Positions 43,901 to 59,496 of a stretch of DNA of 64,000 bases are shown piece by piece (the stretch's first letter is position 1; each line of letters starts with the position of its first letter). Both the position numbers and the translations under genes were made by a program. This DNA is from Eledone cirrhosa (lineage: Eukaryota): the NCBI GenBank assembly GCA_964016885.1, contig CAXHJY010001327.1, positions 62,001-126,000 of the forward strand, given 5' to 3'. The notes under the pieces were generated by a model. The model was not told where the DNA came from and ran no database searches. It saw nothing but the letters and a program-made list of their open reading frames with translations.

Positions 43901-46900
43901 TTATAATACTGTTGAACTTTGGTTAACCTAACTTAATAAAATACTATTATAATAATGTGGAACTTTGGTTAACCTAACTTAATAAAATACCATTATAATA
44001 CTGTGGAACCTTGATTAACCTAACTTAATAGAATACCATTCTAATACTTTGGAACTTTGGTTAATCAAACTTAATAAAATACTATTTATAATACCGTGGA
44101 TCCTTTTTTGTTAACCTAACTTAATAAAATACTATTATAATACTGTGGAACTTTAGTTAACCTATTTGGTTAACCTAACTTAATAAAATACTATTATAAT
44201 AGTGGAACTTTGGTTAACCTATTTGGTTAACAAAACTTAATAAAATACTATTATAATAGTGTGGAACCTTGGTTAACCTAACTTAATAAAATACTATTTA
44301 TAATACTGTGGAACCTTTGTTAACCTAACTTAATAAAATACTATTATAATACTGTGGAACTTTGGTTAACCTAATTTAATAAAATACCAATATAATACTG
44401 TGGAACTTTGGTTAACCTAACTTAATAAAATACTATTATAATACTGTGGAACTTTGGTTAACCGAACTTAATAAAATACTATTATAATACTGTGGAACTT
44501 TGGTTAACCGAACTTAATAAAATACCAATATAATACTGTGGAACTTTGCTTAACCTAACGTAATAAAATACTATTATAATACTGTGGAACTTTGGTTAAC
44601 CTAACTTAATAAAATACTATTATAATACTGTGGAACTTTGTATAACCTAACTTAATAAAATACCATTATAATACTGTGGAATCTTGGTTAACCTAACTTA
44701 ATAAAATACTATTATAATACTGTGGAACTTTGGTTAACCTAACTTAATAAAATACTATTATAATACTGTGGAACTTTGGTTAACCTAACCTAATAAAATA
44801 CTATTATAATACTATGGAACTTTGGTTAACCCAACTTAATAAAATACTATTATAATACTGTGGAACTTTGATTAACCTAACGTAATAAAATACTATTATA
44901 ATACTGTGGAACCTTGATTAATCTAACTTAATAGAATACCATTCTAATACTGTGGAACTTTGGTTAATCAAACTTAATAAAATACTATTTATAATACCGT
45001 GGAACCTATTTGGTTAACCTAACTTAATAAAATACTAATACAATACTGTGGTACCTTGGTTACCCTAACTTAATAAAATACTATTATAATACTGTGGAAC
45101 CTTGGTTAACCTAACTTAATAAAATACTCTTATAATACTGTGGAACTTTGGTTAACCTAACGTAATAAAATACCATTATAATACTGTGGAACCTTGATTA
45201 ATCTAACTTAATAGAATACCATTCTAATACTGTGGAACTTTGGTTAATCAAACTTAATAAAATACTATTTATAATACCGTGGAACCTTTTTGGTTAACCT
45301 AACTTAATAAAATACTATCATAATACTGTGGAACTTTGGTTAACTAACTTAATAAAATACCATTATAATACTGCGGAACCTTGGTTAACCTAACTTAACA
45401 AAATACTATTATAATACTGTGGAACCTTGGTTAACCTAACTTAATAAAATACTCTTATAATACTGTGGAACTTTGGTTAACCTAACTTAATAAAATACCA
45501 TTATAATACTGTGGAACTTTGGTTAACAAAACTTAATAAAATACTATTATAATACTGTGGAACTTTGGTTAATCAAACTTAATAAAATACTATTTATAAT
45601 ACCGTGGAACCTTTTTGGTTAACCTAACTTAATAAAATACTATAATAATACTGTGGAACGTTGTTTAACCTAACTTAATAAAATACCATTATAATACTGT
45701 GGAACCTTGATTAACCTAACTTAATAGAATACCATTCTAATACTGTGGAACTTTGGTTAATCAAACTTAATAAAATACTATTTATAATACCGTGGAACTT
45801 TAGTTAACCTATTTGGTTAACCTAACTTAATAAAATACTATTATAATAGTGGAACTTTGGTTAACCTATTTGGTTAACAAAACTTAATAAAATACTATTA
45901 TAATAATGTGGAACCTTGGTTAACCTAACTTAATAAAATACTATTTATAATACTGTGGAACCTTTGTTAACCTAACCTAATAAAATACTATTATAATACT
46001 GTGGAACTTTGGTTAACCTAACTTAATAAAATACTATTATAATACTGTGGAACTTTGGTTAACCGAACTTAATAAAATACCAATATAATACTGTGGAACT
46101 TTGCTTAACCTAACGTAATAAAATACTATTATAATACTGTGGAACTTTGGTTAACCTAACTTAATAAAATACTATTATAATACTGTGGAACTTTGGTTAA
46201 CCTAACCTAATAAAATACTATTATAATACTATGGAACTTTGGTTAACCTAACTTAATAAAATACTATCATAATACTGTGGAACTTTGGTTAACCTAACTT
46301 AATAGAATACCATTCTAATACTGTGGAACTTTGGTTAACCTAACTTAGTAAAATACTATCATAATACTGTGGAACCTTGGTTAACCTAACTTAATAAAAT
46401 ACCATTATAATACTGTGGAACTTTGGTTAATCAAACTTAATAAAATACTATTTATAATACCGTGGAACCTTTTTGGTTAACCTAACTTGATAAAATATTA
46501 TTATAATAGTGGAACTTTGTTTAACCTATTTGGTTAACCTAACTTAATAAAATACTATTTATAATACTGTGGAACTTTGGTTAACCTAACTTAATAAAAT
46601 ACTATTTATAATACTGTGGAACCTTTGTTAACCTAACTTAATAAAATACTATTATAATACTGTGGAACTTTGGTTAACCTAACTTAATAAAATACCAATA
46701 TAATACTGTGGCACTTTGGTTAACCTAACTTAATAAAATACTATTATAATACTGTGGAACTTTGGTTAACCGAACTTAATGAAATACTATTATAATACTG
46801 TGGAACTTTGGTTAACCGAACTTAATAAAATACCAATATAATACTGTGGAACTTTGGTTAACCTAACAATAAAGTACTATTATAATACTGTGGAACTTTG

Positions 46901-48231
46901 GTTAACCTAACTTAATAAAATACTATTATAATACTGTGGAACTTTGGTTAACCTAACTTAATAAAATACCATTATAATACTGTGGAACCTTGGTTAACCT
47001 AACTTAATAAAATACTATCATAATACTGTGGAACTTTGGTTAACCTAACTTAATAGAATACCATTCTAATACTGTGGAACTTTGGTTGACCTAACTTAAT
47101 AAAATACTATCATAATACTGTGGAACTTTGGTTAACCTAACTTAATAAAATACTAATATAATACTGCGGAACATTGGTTAACCTAACTTAATAAAATACG
47201 AATATAATACAGCGGAACTTTGGTTAACCTAACTTAATAAAATACCATTATAATACTGTGGAACTTTAGTTAACCTAACTTAATAAAATACCATTATAAT
47301 ACTGTGGAACATTGGTTAACCTAACTTAATAGATTACCATTCTAATACTGTGGAAGTTTGGTTAAACAAACTTAATAAAATACTATTTATAATACCATGG
47401 AACCTTTTTGGTTAACCTAACTTAATAGAATACTATTATAATACTGTGGAACTTTGGTTAACCTATTTGGTTAACTTAACTCAAAATTCTAATACAATAC
47501 TGCGGAACCTTGGTTAACCTAACTTAATAAAATACTATTATAATAATGTGGAACCTTGGTTAACCTAACTTAATAAAATACTATTATAATACTGTGGAAC
47601 TTTGGTTAACCTAACGTAATAAAATACTATTTATAATACCATGGAACCTTTTTGGTTAACCTAACTTAATAAAATACTATAATAATACTGTGGAACTTTG
47701 GTTAACCTAACTTAATAAAATACCATTATAATACTGTGGAACCTTGATTAACCTAACTTAATAGAATACCATTCTAATACTGTGGAACTTTGGTTAATCA
47801 AATTAATAAAATACTATTTATAATACCGTGGAACCTTTTTGGTTAACCTAACTTAATAAAATACTATTATAATACTGTGGAACTTTAGTTAACCTATTTG
47901 GTTAACCTAACTTAATAAAATACTATTATAATAGTGTGGAACCTTGGTTAACCTAACTTAATAAAATACTATTATAATACTGTGGAAGTTTGGTTAACCA
48001 AACTTAATAAAATAGTATTATAATACTGTGGAACTTTGGTGAACCTATTTGGTTAACCAAACTTAATAAAATACTATTTATAATACTGTGGAACTTTGGT
48101 TAACCTCACTTAATAAAATAGCAATATAATACTGTGGAACTTTGGTTAACCTAACTTAATAAAATACCAATATAATACTGTGGAACTTTTGTTAACCTAA
48201 CTTAATAAAATACTATTATAATACTGTGGAA

Positions 48232-48401
48232 CCACAGTATTATTATGGTATTTTATTAAGTTAGGTTAATCAAAGTTCCACAGTATTATAATTGTTTCCA
48301 CTTTTGGCACAAGGCCATCAATTACCCAATACATTACTGATAAAATAAAGTACAAGTAATGTACTGAGTATTTGATGGCCTTCTGCCAAAAGTGGAAACA
48401 A
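48232..48401. repeat. Cassette copy 18 (subtype D)
   Basis: GGCCTTCTGCC and CCCAATAC markers. Confidence 0.96.
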
Positions 48402-48749
48402 TTATAATACTGTGGAACTCTGGTTAACCTAACTTAATAAAATACTACTATAATACTGTGGAACTTTGGTTAACCTAACTTAATAAAATACTATTATAAT
48501 ACTGTGGAACTTTGGTTAACCTAACTTAATAAAATACTATTATAATACTGTGGAACTTTGGTTAATCTATTTGGTTAACTTAACTCAAAATACTATTACA
48601 ATACTGCGGAACATTGGTTAACATAACTTAATAAAATACCAATATAATACTGTGGAACCCTGGTTAACCTAACTTAATAAGATACGAATATAATACTGCG
48701 GAACTTTGGTTAACCTAACTTAATAAAATACTAATATAATACTGCGGAA

Positions 48750-48919
48750 CCACAGTATTATAATGGTATTTTATTAAGTTAGGTTAACCAAAGTTCCACA
48801 GTATTATAATTATTTCCACTTTTGGCACAAGGCCATCAATTACCCAGTACATTACTGATAAAATAAAGTACCAGTAATGTACTGACTAATTGATGGCCTT
48901 GTGCCAAAAGTGGAAACAA
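48750..48919. repeat. Cassette copy 19 (subtype E)
   Basis: GCGGAACCAC turn and GTACCAGTAATGTACTGACTAATTG. Confidence 0.96.
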
Positions 48920-49765
48920 TTATAATACTGTGGAACTTTGGTTAACCTAACTTAAAAAAATACTATTTATAATACTGTGGGACCTTGGTTAACCTAACTT
49001 AATAAAATACCAATATAATACTGTGGAACTTTGGTAAACCTAACTTAATAAAATACCATTCTAATACTGTGGAACTTTGGTTAACCTAACTTAATAAAAT
49101 ACTATTATAATGCTGTGGGACTTTCGTTAACCTATCTTAATAAAATACCAATATAATACTGCTGAACATTGGTTAACCTAACTTAATAAAATATTATTAT
49201 AATACTGTGGAACTTTGGTTAACCTAACTTAATAAAATACTAATATAATACTGCGGAACATTGGTTAACCTAACTTAATAAAATACGAATATAATACTGC
49301 GGAACTTTGGTTAACCTAACTTAATAAAATACTAATATAATACTGCGGAACATTGGTTAACCTAACTTAATAAAATACCAATATAACACTGCGGAACCTT
49401 GGTTAACCTAACTTAATAAAATACTAATATAATACTGCGGAACATTGGTTGATCTAACTTAATAAAATACTATTTATAATACTGTGGGACCTTGGTTAAC
49501 CTAACTTAATAAAATACTATTATAATACTGTGTAACTTTGGTTAACCTAACTTAATAAAATACCAATATAATACTGTGCAACCTTGGTTAACCTAACTTA
49601 ATAAAATACTATTATAATACTGTGGAACTTTGGTTAACCTAACTTAATAAAATACTATTATAATACTGTGGAACTTTGGTTAACATAACTTAATAAAATA
49701 CCAATATAATACTGTGGAACCCTGGTTAACCAAACTTAATAAAATACCATTATAATACTGTGGAA

Positions 49766-49935
49766 CCACAGTATTATAATGGTATTTTATTAAGTTAGGT
49801 TAACCAAAGTTTCACATTATTATAATTATTTCCACTTTTGGCACAAAGCCATCAATTACCCAGTACATTACTGATAAAATAAAGTACCAGTAATGTACTG
49901 ACTAATTGATGGCCTTGTGCCAAAAGTGGAAACAA
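49766..49935. repeat. Cassette copy 20 (subtype F)
   Basis: Subtype F markers. Confidence 0.96.
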
Positions 49936-52128
49936 TTATAATACTGTTGAACTTTGGTTAACCTAACTTAATAAAATACTATTTATAATACTGTGGGACC
50001 TTGGTAAACCTAACTTAATAAAATACCAATATAATACTGTGGAACTTTGGTTAACCTAACTTAATAAAATACCATTCTAATACTGTGGAACTTTGGTTAA
50101 CCTAACTTAATAAAATACTATTATAATACTGTGGAACTTTCGTTAACCTAACTTAATAAAATACCAATATAATACTGCGGAACATTGGTTAACCTAACTT
50201 AATAAAATAGTAATATAATACTGCGGAACATTGGTTAACCTAACTTAATAAAATACGAATATAAAACTGCGGAACATTGGTTAACCTAACTTAATAAAAT
50301 ACCAATATAATACTGCGGAACTTTGGTTAAGCTAACTTAATAGAATACCATTCTAATACTGTGGAACTTTGGTTAACCTAACTTAATAAAATACTATCAT
50401 AATACTGTGGAACCTTGGTTAACCTAACTTAATAAAATACCATTATAATACTGTGGAACTTTGGTTAACCTAACTTAATAAAATACTATTATAATACTGT
50501 GGAACTTTGGTTAACCTAACTTAATAAAATACCAATATAATACTGTGCAACCTTGGTTAACCTAACTTAATAAAATACTATTATAATACTGTAGAACCTT
50601 GGTTAACCTAACTTAATAAAATACTCTTATAATACTGTGGAACTTTGGTTAACCTAACGTAATAAAATACCATTATAATACTGTGGAACTTTGGTTAACA
50701 AAACTTAATAAAATACTATTATAATAATGTGGAACTTTGGTTAACCTAACTTAATAAAATACCATTATAATACTGTGGAACCTTGATTAACCTAACTTAA
50801 TAGAATACCATTCAAATACTTTGGAACTTTGGTTAATCAAACTTAATAAAATACTATTTATAATACCGTGGATCCTTTTTTGTTAACCTAACTTAATAAA
50901 ATACTATTATAATAGTGGAACTTTGGTTAACCTATTTGGTTAACAAAACTTAATAAAATACTATTATAATAGTGTGGAACCTTGGTTAACCTAACTTAAT
51001 AAAATACTATTTATAATACTGTGGAACCTTTGTTAACCTAACTTAATAAAATACTATTATAATACTGTGGAACTTTGGTTAACCTAATTTAATAAAATAC
51101 CAATATAATACTGTGGAACTTTGGTTAACCTAACTTAATAAAATACTATTATAATACTGTGGAACTTTGGTTAACCGACTTAATAAAATACTATTATAAT
51201 ACTGTGGAACTTTGGTTAACCGAACTTAATAAAATACCAATATAATACTGTGGAACTTTGCTTAACCTAACGTAATAAAATACTATTATAATACTGTGGA
51301 ACTTTGGTTAACCTAACTTAAAATACTATTTATAATACTGTGGGACCTTGGTTAACCTAACTTAATAAAATACCAATATAATACTGTGGAACTTTGGTAA
51401 ACCTAACTTAATAAAATACCATTCTAATACTGTGGAACTTTGGTTAACCTAACTTAATAAAATACTATTATAATGCTGTGGGACTTTCGTTAACCTATCT
51501 TAATAAAATACCAATATAATACTGCGGAACATTGGTTAACCTAACTTAATAAAATATGATTATAATACTGTGGAACTTTGGTTAACCTAACTTAATAAAA
51601 TACTAATATAATACTGCGGAACATTGGTTAACCTAACTTAATAAAATACGAATATAATACTGCGGAACTTTGGTTAACCTAACTTAATAAAATACTAATA
51701 TAATACTGCGGAACATTGGTTAACCTAACTTAATAAAATACCAATATAACACTGCGGAACTTTGGTTAACCTAACTTAATAAAATACTAATATAATACTG
51801 CGGAACATTGGTTGATCTAACTTAATAAAATACTATTTATAATACTGTGGGACCTTGGTTAACCTAACTTAATAAAATACTATTATAATACTGTGTAACT
51901 TTGGTTAACCTAACTTAATAAAATACCAATATAATACTGTGCAACCTTGGTTAACCTAACTTAATAAAATACTATTATAATACTGTGGAACTTTGGTTAA
52001 CCTAACTTAATAAAATACTATTATAATACTGTGGAACTTTGGTTAACATAACTTAATAAAATACCAATATAATACTGTGGAACCCTGGTTAACCAAACTT
52101 AATAAAATACCATTATAATACTGTGGAA

Positions 52129-52298
52129 CCACAGTATTATAATGGTATTTTATTAAGTTAGGTTAACCAAAGTTCCACATTATTATAATTATTTCCACTT
52201 TTGGAACAAAGCCATCAATTACCCAGTACATTACTGATAAAATAAAGTACCAGTAATGTACTGACTAATTGATGGCCTTGTGCCAAAAGTGGAAACAA
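52129..52298. repeat. Cassette copy 21 (subtype F)
   Basis: Subtype F markers plus TTGGAACAAAGCC. Confidence 0.96.
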
Positions 52299-55200
52299 TT
52301 ATAATACTGTTGAACTTTGGTTAACCTAACTTAATAAAATACTATTTATAATACTGTGGGACCTTGGTAAACCTAACTTAATAAAATACCAATATAATAC
52401 TGTGGAACTTTGGTTAACCTAACTTAATAAAATACCATTCTAATACTGTGGAACTTTGGTTAACCTAACTTAATAAAATACTATTATAATACTGTGGAAC
52501 TTTCGTTAACCTAACTTAATAAAATACCAATATAATACTGCGGAACATTGGTTAACCTAACTTAATAAAATACTAATATAATACTGCGGAACATTGGTTA
52601 ACCTAACTTAATAAAATACGAATATAAAACTGCGGAACATTGGTTAACCTAACTTAATAAAATACCAATATAATACTGCGGAACTTTGGTTAACCTAACT
52701 TAATAGAATACCATTCTAATACCGTGGAACTTTGGTTAACATAACTTAATAAAATACTATTATAATACTGTAGAACCTTGGTTAACCTAACTTAATAAAA
52801 TACTCTTATAATACTGTGGAACTTTGGTTAACCTAACGTAATAAAATACCATTATAATACTGTGGAACTTTGGTTAACAAAACTTAATAAAATACTATTA
52901 TAATAATGTGGAACTTTGGTTAACCTAACTTAATAAAATACCATTATAATACTGTGGAACCTTGATTAACCTAACTTAATAGAATACCATTCTAATACTG
53001 TGGAAGTTTGGTTAATCAAACTTAATAAAATACTATTTATAATACCGTGGATCCTTTTTTGTTAACCTAACTTAATAAAATACTATTATAATACTGTGGA
53101 ACTTTAGTTAACCTATTTGGTTAACCTAACTTAATAAAATACTATTATAATAGTGGAACTTTGGTTAACCTATTTGGTTAACAAAACTTAATAAAATACT
53201 ATTATAATAGTGTGGAACCTTGGTTAACCTAACTTAATAAAATACTATTTATAATACTGTGGAACCTTTGTTAACCTAACTTAATAAAATACTATTATAA
53301 TACTGTGGAACTTTGGTTAACCTAATTTAATAAAATACCAATATAATACTGTGGAACTTTGGTTAACCTAACTTAATAAAATACTATTATAATACTGTGG
53401 AACTTTGGTTAACCGAACTTAATAAAATACTATTATAATACTGTGGAACTTTGGTTAACCGAACTTAATAAAATACCAATATAATACTGTGGAACTTTGC
53501 TTAACCTAACGTAATAAAATACTATTATAATACTGTGGAACTTTGGTTAACCTAACTTAATAAAATACTATTATAATACTGAGGAACTTTGTATAACCTA
53601 ACTTAATAAAATACCATTATAATACTGTGGAATCTTGGTTAACCTAACTTAATAAAATACTATTATAATACTGTGGAACTTTGGTTAACCTAACTTAATA
53701 AAATACTATTATAATACTGTGGAACTTTGGTTAACCTAACCTAATAAAATACTATTATAATACTATGGAACTTTGGTTAACCTAACTTAATAAAATACTA
53801 TTATAATACTGTGGAACTTTAGTTAACCTATTTGGTTAACCTAACTTAATAAAATACTAATACAATACTGTGGTACCTTGGTTACCCTAACTTAATAAAA
53901 TACTATTATAATACTGTGGAACCTTGGTTAACCTAACTTAATAAAATACTCTTATAATACTGTGGAACTTTGGTTAACCTAACGTAATAAAATACCATTA
54001 TAATACTGTGGAACCTTGATTAATCTGACTTAATAGAATACCATTCTAATACTGTGGAACTTTGGTTAATCAAACTTAATAAAATACTATTTATAATACC
54101 GTGGAACCTTTTTGGTTAACCTAACTTAATAAAATACTATCATAATACTGTGGAACTTTGGTTAACTAACTTAATAAAATACCATTATAATACTGCGGAA
54201 CCTTGGTTAACCTAACTTAACAAAATACTATTATAATACTGTGGAACCTTGGTTAACCTAACTTAATAAAATACTCTTATAATACTGTGGAACTTTGGTT
54301 AACCTAACGTAATAAAATACCATTATAATACTGTGGAACTTTGGTTAACAAAACTTAATAAAATACTATTATAATACTGTGGAACTTTGGTTAACCTAAC
54401 TTAATAAAATACCATTATAATACTGTGGAACCTTGATTAATCTAACTTAATAGAATACCATTCTAATACTGTGGAACTTTGGTTAATCAAACTTAATAAA
54501 ATACTATTTATAATACCGTGGAACCTTTTTGGTTAACCTAACTTAATAAAATACTATAATAATACTGTGGAACGTTGTTTAACCTAACTTAATAAAATAC
54601 CATTATAATACTGTGGAACCTTGATTAACCTAACTTAATAGAATACCATTCTAATACTGTGGAACTTTGGTTAATCAAACTTAATAAAATACTATTTATA
54701 ATACCGTGGATCCTTTTTTGTTAACCTAACTTAATAAATACTATTATAATACTGTGGGACCTTGGTAAACCTAACTTAATAAAATACCAATATAATACTG
54801 TGGAACTTTGGTTAACCTAACTTAATAAAATATCATTCTAATACTGTGGAACTTTGGTTAACCTAACTTAATAAAATACTATTATAATACTGTGGAACTT
54901 TCGTTAACCTAACTTAATAAAATACCAATATAATACTGCGGAACATTGGTTAACCTAACTTAATAAAATACTAATATAATACTGCGGAACATTGGTTAAC
55001 CTAACTTAATAAAATACGAATATAAAATTGCGGAACATTGGTTAACCTAACTTAATAAAATACCAATATAATACTGCGGAACTTTGGTTAACCTAACTTA
55101 ATAGAATACCATTCTAATACTGTGGAACTTTGGTTAACCTAACTTAATAAAATACTATCATAATACTGTGGAACCTTGGTTAACCTAACTTAATAAAATA

Positions 55201-56949
55201 CCATTATAATACTGTGGAACTTTGGTTAACCTAACTTAATAAAATACTATTATAATACTGTGTAACTTTGGTTAACCTAACTTAATAAAATACCAATATA
55301 ATACTGTGCAACCTTGGTTAACCTAACTTAATAAAATACTATTATAATACTGTAGAACCTTGGTTAACCTAACTTAATAAAATACTCTTATAATACTGTG
55401 GAACTTTGGTTAACCTAACGTAATAAAATACCATTATAATACTGTGGAACTTTGGTTAACAAAACTTAATAAAATACTATTATAATAATGTGGAACTTTG
55501 GTTAACCTAACTTAATAAAATACCATTATAATACTGTGGAACCTTGATTAACCTAACTTAATAGAATACCATTCTAATACTTTGGAACTTTGGTTAATCA
55601 AACTTAATAAAATACTATTTATAATACCGTGGATCCTTTTTTGTTAACCTAACTTAATAAAATACTATTATAATACTGTGGAACTTTAGTTAACCTATTT
55701 GGTTAACCTAACTTAAGAAAATACTATTATAATAGTGGAACTTTGGTTAACCTATTTGGTTAACAAAACTTAATAAAATACTATTATAATAGTGTGGAAC
55801 CTTGGTTAACCTAACTTAATAAAATACTATTTATAATACTGTGGAACCTTTGTTAACCTAACTTAATAAAATACTATTATAATACTGTGGAACTTTGGTT
55901 AACCTAATTTAATAAAATACCAATATAATACTGTGGAACTTTGGTTAACCTAACTTAATAAAATACTATTATAATACTGTGGAACTTTGGTTAACCGAAC
56001 TTAATAAAATACTATTATAATACTGTGGAACTTTGGTTAACCGAACTTAATAAAATACCAATATAATACTGTGGAACTTTGCTTAACCTAATGTAATAAA
56101 ATACTATTATAATACTGTGGAACTTTGGTTAACCTAACTTAAAATACTATTTATAATACTGTGGGACCTTGGTTAACCTAACTTAATAAAATACCAATAT
56201 AATACTGTGGAACTTTGGTAAACCTAACTTAATAAAATACCATTCTAATACAGTGGAACTTTGGTTAACCTAACTTAATAAAATACTATTATAATGCTGT
56301 GGGACTTTCGTTAACCTATCTTAATAAAATACCAATATAATACTGCTGAACATTGGTTAACCTAACTTAATAAAATATTATTATAATACTGTGGAACTTT
56401 GGTTAACCTAACTTAATAAAATACTAATATAATACTGCGGAACATTGGTTAACCTAACTTAATAAAATACGAATATAATACTGCGGAACTTTGGTTAACC
56501 TAACTTAATAAAATACTAATATAATACTGCGGAACATTGGTTAACCTAACTTAATAAAATACCAATATAACACTGCGGAACCTTGGTTAACCTAACTTAA
56601 TAAAATACTAATATAATACTGCGGAACATTGGTTGATCTAACTTAATAAAATACTATTTATAATACTGTGGGACCTTGGTTAACCTAACTTAATAAAATA
56701 CTATTATAATACTGTGTAACTTTGGTTAACCTAACTTAATAAAATACCAATATAATACTGTGCAACCTTGGTTAACCTAACTTAATAAAATACTATTATA
56801 ATACTGTGGAACTTTGGTTAACCTAACTTAATAAAATACTATTATAATACTGTGGAACTTTGGTTAACATAACTTAATAAAATACCAATATAATACTGTG
56901 GAACCCTGGTTAACCAAACTTAATAAAATACCATTATAATACTGTGGAA

Positions 56950-57119
56950 CCACAGTATTATAATGGTATTTTATTAAGTTAGGTTAACCAAAGTTCCACA
57001 TTATTATAATTATTTCCACTTTTGGCACAAAGCCATCAATTACCCAGTACATTACTGATAAAATAAAGTACCAGTAATGTACTGACTAATTGATGGCCTT
57101 GTGCCAAAAGTGGAAACAA
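56950..57119. repeat. Cassette copy 22 (subtype F)
   Basis: Subtype F markers. Confidence 0.96.
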
Positions 57120-59326
57120 TTATAATACTGTTGAACTTTGGTTAACCTAACTTAATAAAATACTATTTATAATACTGTGGGACCTTGGTAAACCTAACTT
57201 AATAAAATACCAATATAATACTGTGGAACTTTGGTTAACCTAACTTAATAAAATACCATTCTAATACTGTGGAACTTTGGTTAACCTAACTTAATAAAAT
57301 ACTATTATAATACTGTGGAACTTTCGTTAACCTAACTTAATAAAATACCAATATAATACTGCGGAACATTGGTTAACCTAACTTAATAAAATACTAATAT
57401 AATACTGCGGAACATTGGTTAACCTAACTTAATAAAATACGAATATAAAACTGCGGAACATTGGTTAACCTAACTTAATAAAATACCAATATAATACTGC
57501 GGAACTTTGGTTAAGCTAACTTAATAGAATACCATTCTAATACTGTGGAACTTTGGTTAACCTAACTTAATAAAATACTATCATAATACTGTGGAACCTT
57601 GGTTAACCTAACTTAATAAAATACCATTATAATACTGTGGAACTTTGGTTAACCTAACTTAATAAAATACTATTATAATACTGTGGAACTTTGGTTAACC
57701 TAACTTAATAAAATACCAATATAATACTGTGCAACCTTGGTTAACCTAACTTAATAAAATACTATTATAATACTGTAGAACCTTGGTTAACCTAACTTAA
57801 TAAAATACTCTTATAATACTGTGGAACTTTGGTTAACCTAACGTAATAAAATACCATTATAATACTGTGGAACTTTGGTTAACAAAACTTAATAAAATAC
57901 TATTATAATAATGTGGAACTTTGGTTAACCTAACTTAATAAAATACCATTATAATACTGTGGAACCTTGATTAACCTAACTTAATAGAATACCATTCTAA
58001 TACTTTGGAACTTTGGTTAATCAAACTTAATAAAATACTATTTATAATACCGTGGATCCTTTTTTGTTAACCTAACTTAATAAAATACTATTATAATACT
58101 GTGGAACTTTAGTTAACCTATTTGGTTAACCTAACTTAATAAAATACTATTATAATAGTGAAACTTTGGTTAACCTATTTGGTTAACAAAACTTAATAAA
58201 ATACTATTATAATAGTGTGGAACCTTGGTTAACCTAACTTAATAAAATACTATTTATAATACTGTGGAACCTTTGTTAACCTAACTTAATAAAATACTAT
58301 TATAATACTGTGGAACTTTGGTTAACCTAATTTAATAAAATACCAATATAATACTGTGGAACTTTGGTTAACCTAACTTAATAAAATACTATTATAATAC
58401 TGTGGAACTTTGGTTAACCGAACTTAATAAAATACTATTATAATACTGTGGAACTTTGGTTAACCGAACTTAATAAAATACCAATATAATACTGTGGAAC
58501 TTTGCTTAACCTAACGTAATAAAATACTATTATAATACTGTGGAACTTTGGTTAACCTAACTTAAAATACTATTTATAATACTGTGGGACCTTGGTTAAC
58601 CTAACTTAATAAAATACCAATATAATACTGTGGAACTTTGGTAAACCTAACTTAATAAAATACCATTCTAATACTGTGGAACTTTGGTTAACCTAACTTA
58701 ATAAAATACTATTATAATGCTGTGGGACTTTCGTTAACCTATCTTAATAAAATACCAATATAATACTGCGGAACATTGGTTAACCTAACTTAATAAAATA
58801 TTATTATAATACTGTGGAACTTTGGTTAACCTAACTTAATAAAATACGAATATAATACTGCGGAACTTTGGTTAACCTAACTTAATAAAATACTAATATA
58901 ATACTGCGGAACATTGGTTAACCTAACTTAATAAAATACCAATATAACACTGCGGAACTTTGGTTAACCTAACTTAATAAAATACTAATATAATACTGCG
59001 GAACATTGGTTGATCTAACTTAATAAAATACTATTTATAATACTGTGGGACCTTGGTTAACCTAACTTAATAAAATACTATTATAATACTGTGTAACTTT
59101 GGTTAACCTAACTTAATAAAATACCAATATAATACTGTGCAACCTTGGTTAACCTAACTTAATAAAATACTATTATAATACTGTGGAACTTTGGTTAACC
59201 TAACTTAATAAAATACTATTATAATACTGTGGAACTTTGGTTAACATAACTTAATAAAATACCAATATAATACTGTGGAACCCTGGTTAACCAAACTTAA
59301 TAAAATACCATTATAATACTGTGGAA

Positions 59327-59496
59327 CCACAGTATTATAATGGTATTTTATTAAGTTAGGTTAACCAAAGTTCCACATTATTATAATTATTTCCACTTTT
59401 GGAACAAAGCCATCAATTACCCAGTACATTACTGATAAAATAAAGTACCAGTAATGTACTGACTAATTGATGGCCTTGTGCCAAAAGTGGAAACAA
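59327..59496. repeat. Cassette copy 23 (subtype F)
   Basis: Subtype F markers plus TTGGAACAAAGCC, shared with copy 21. Confidence 0.96.
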
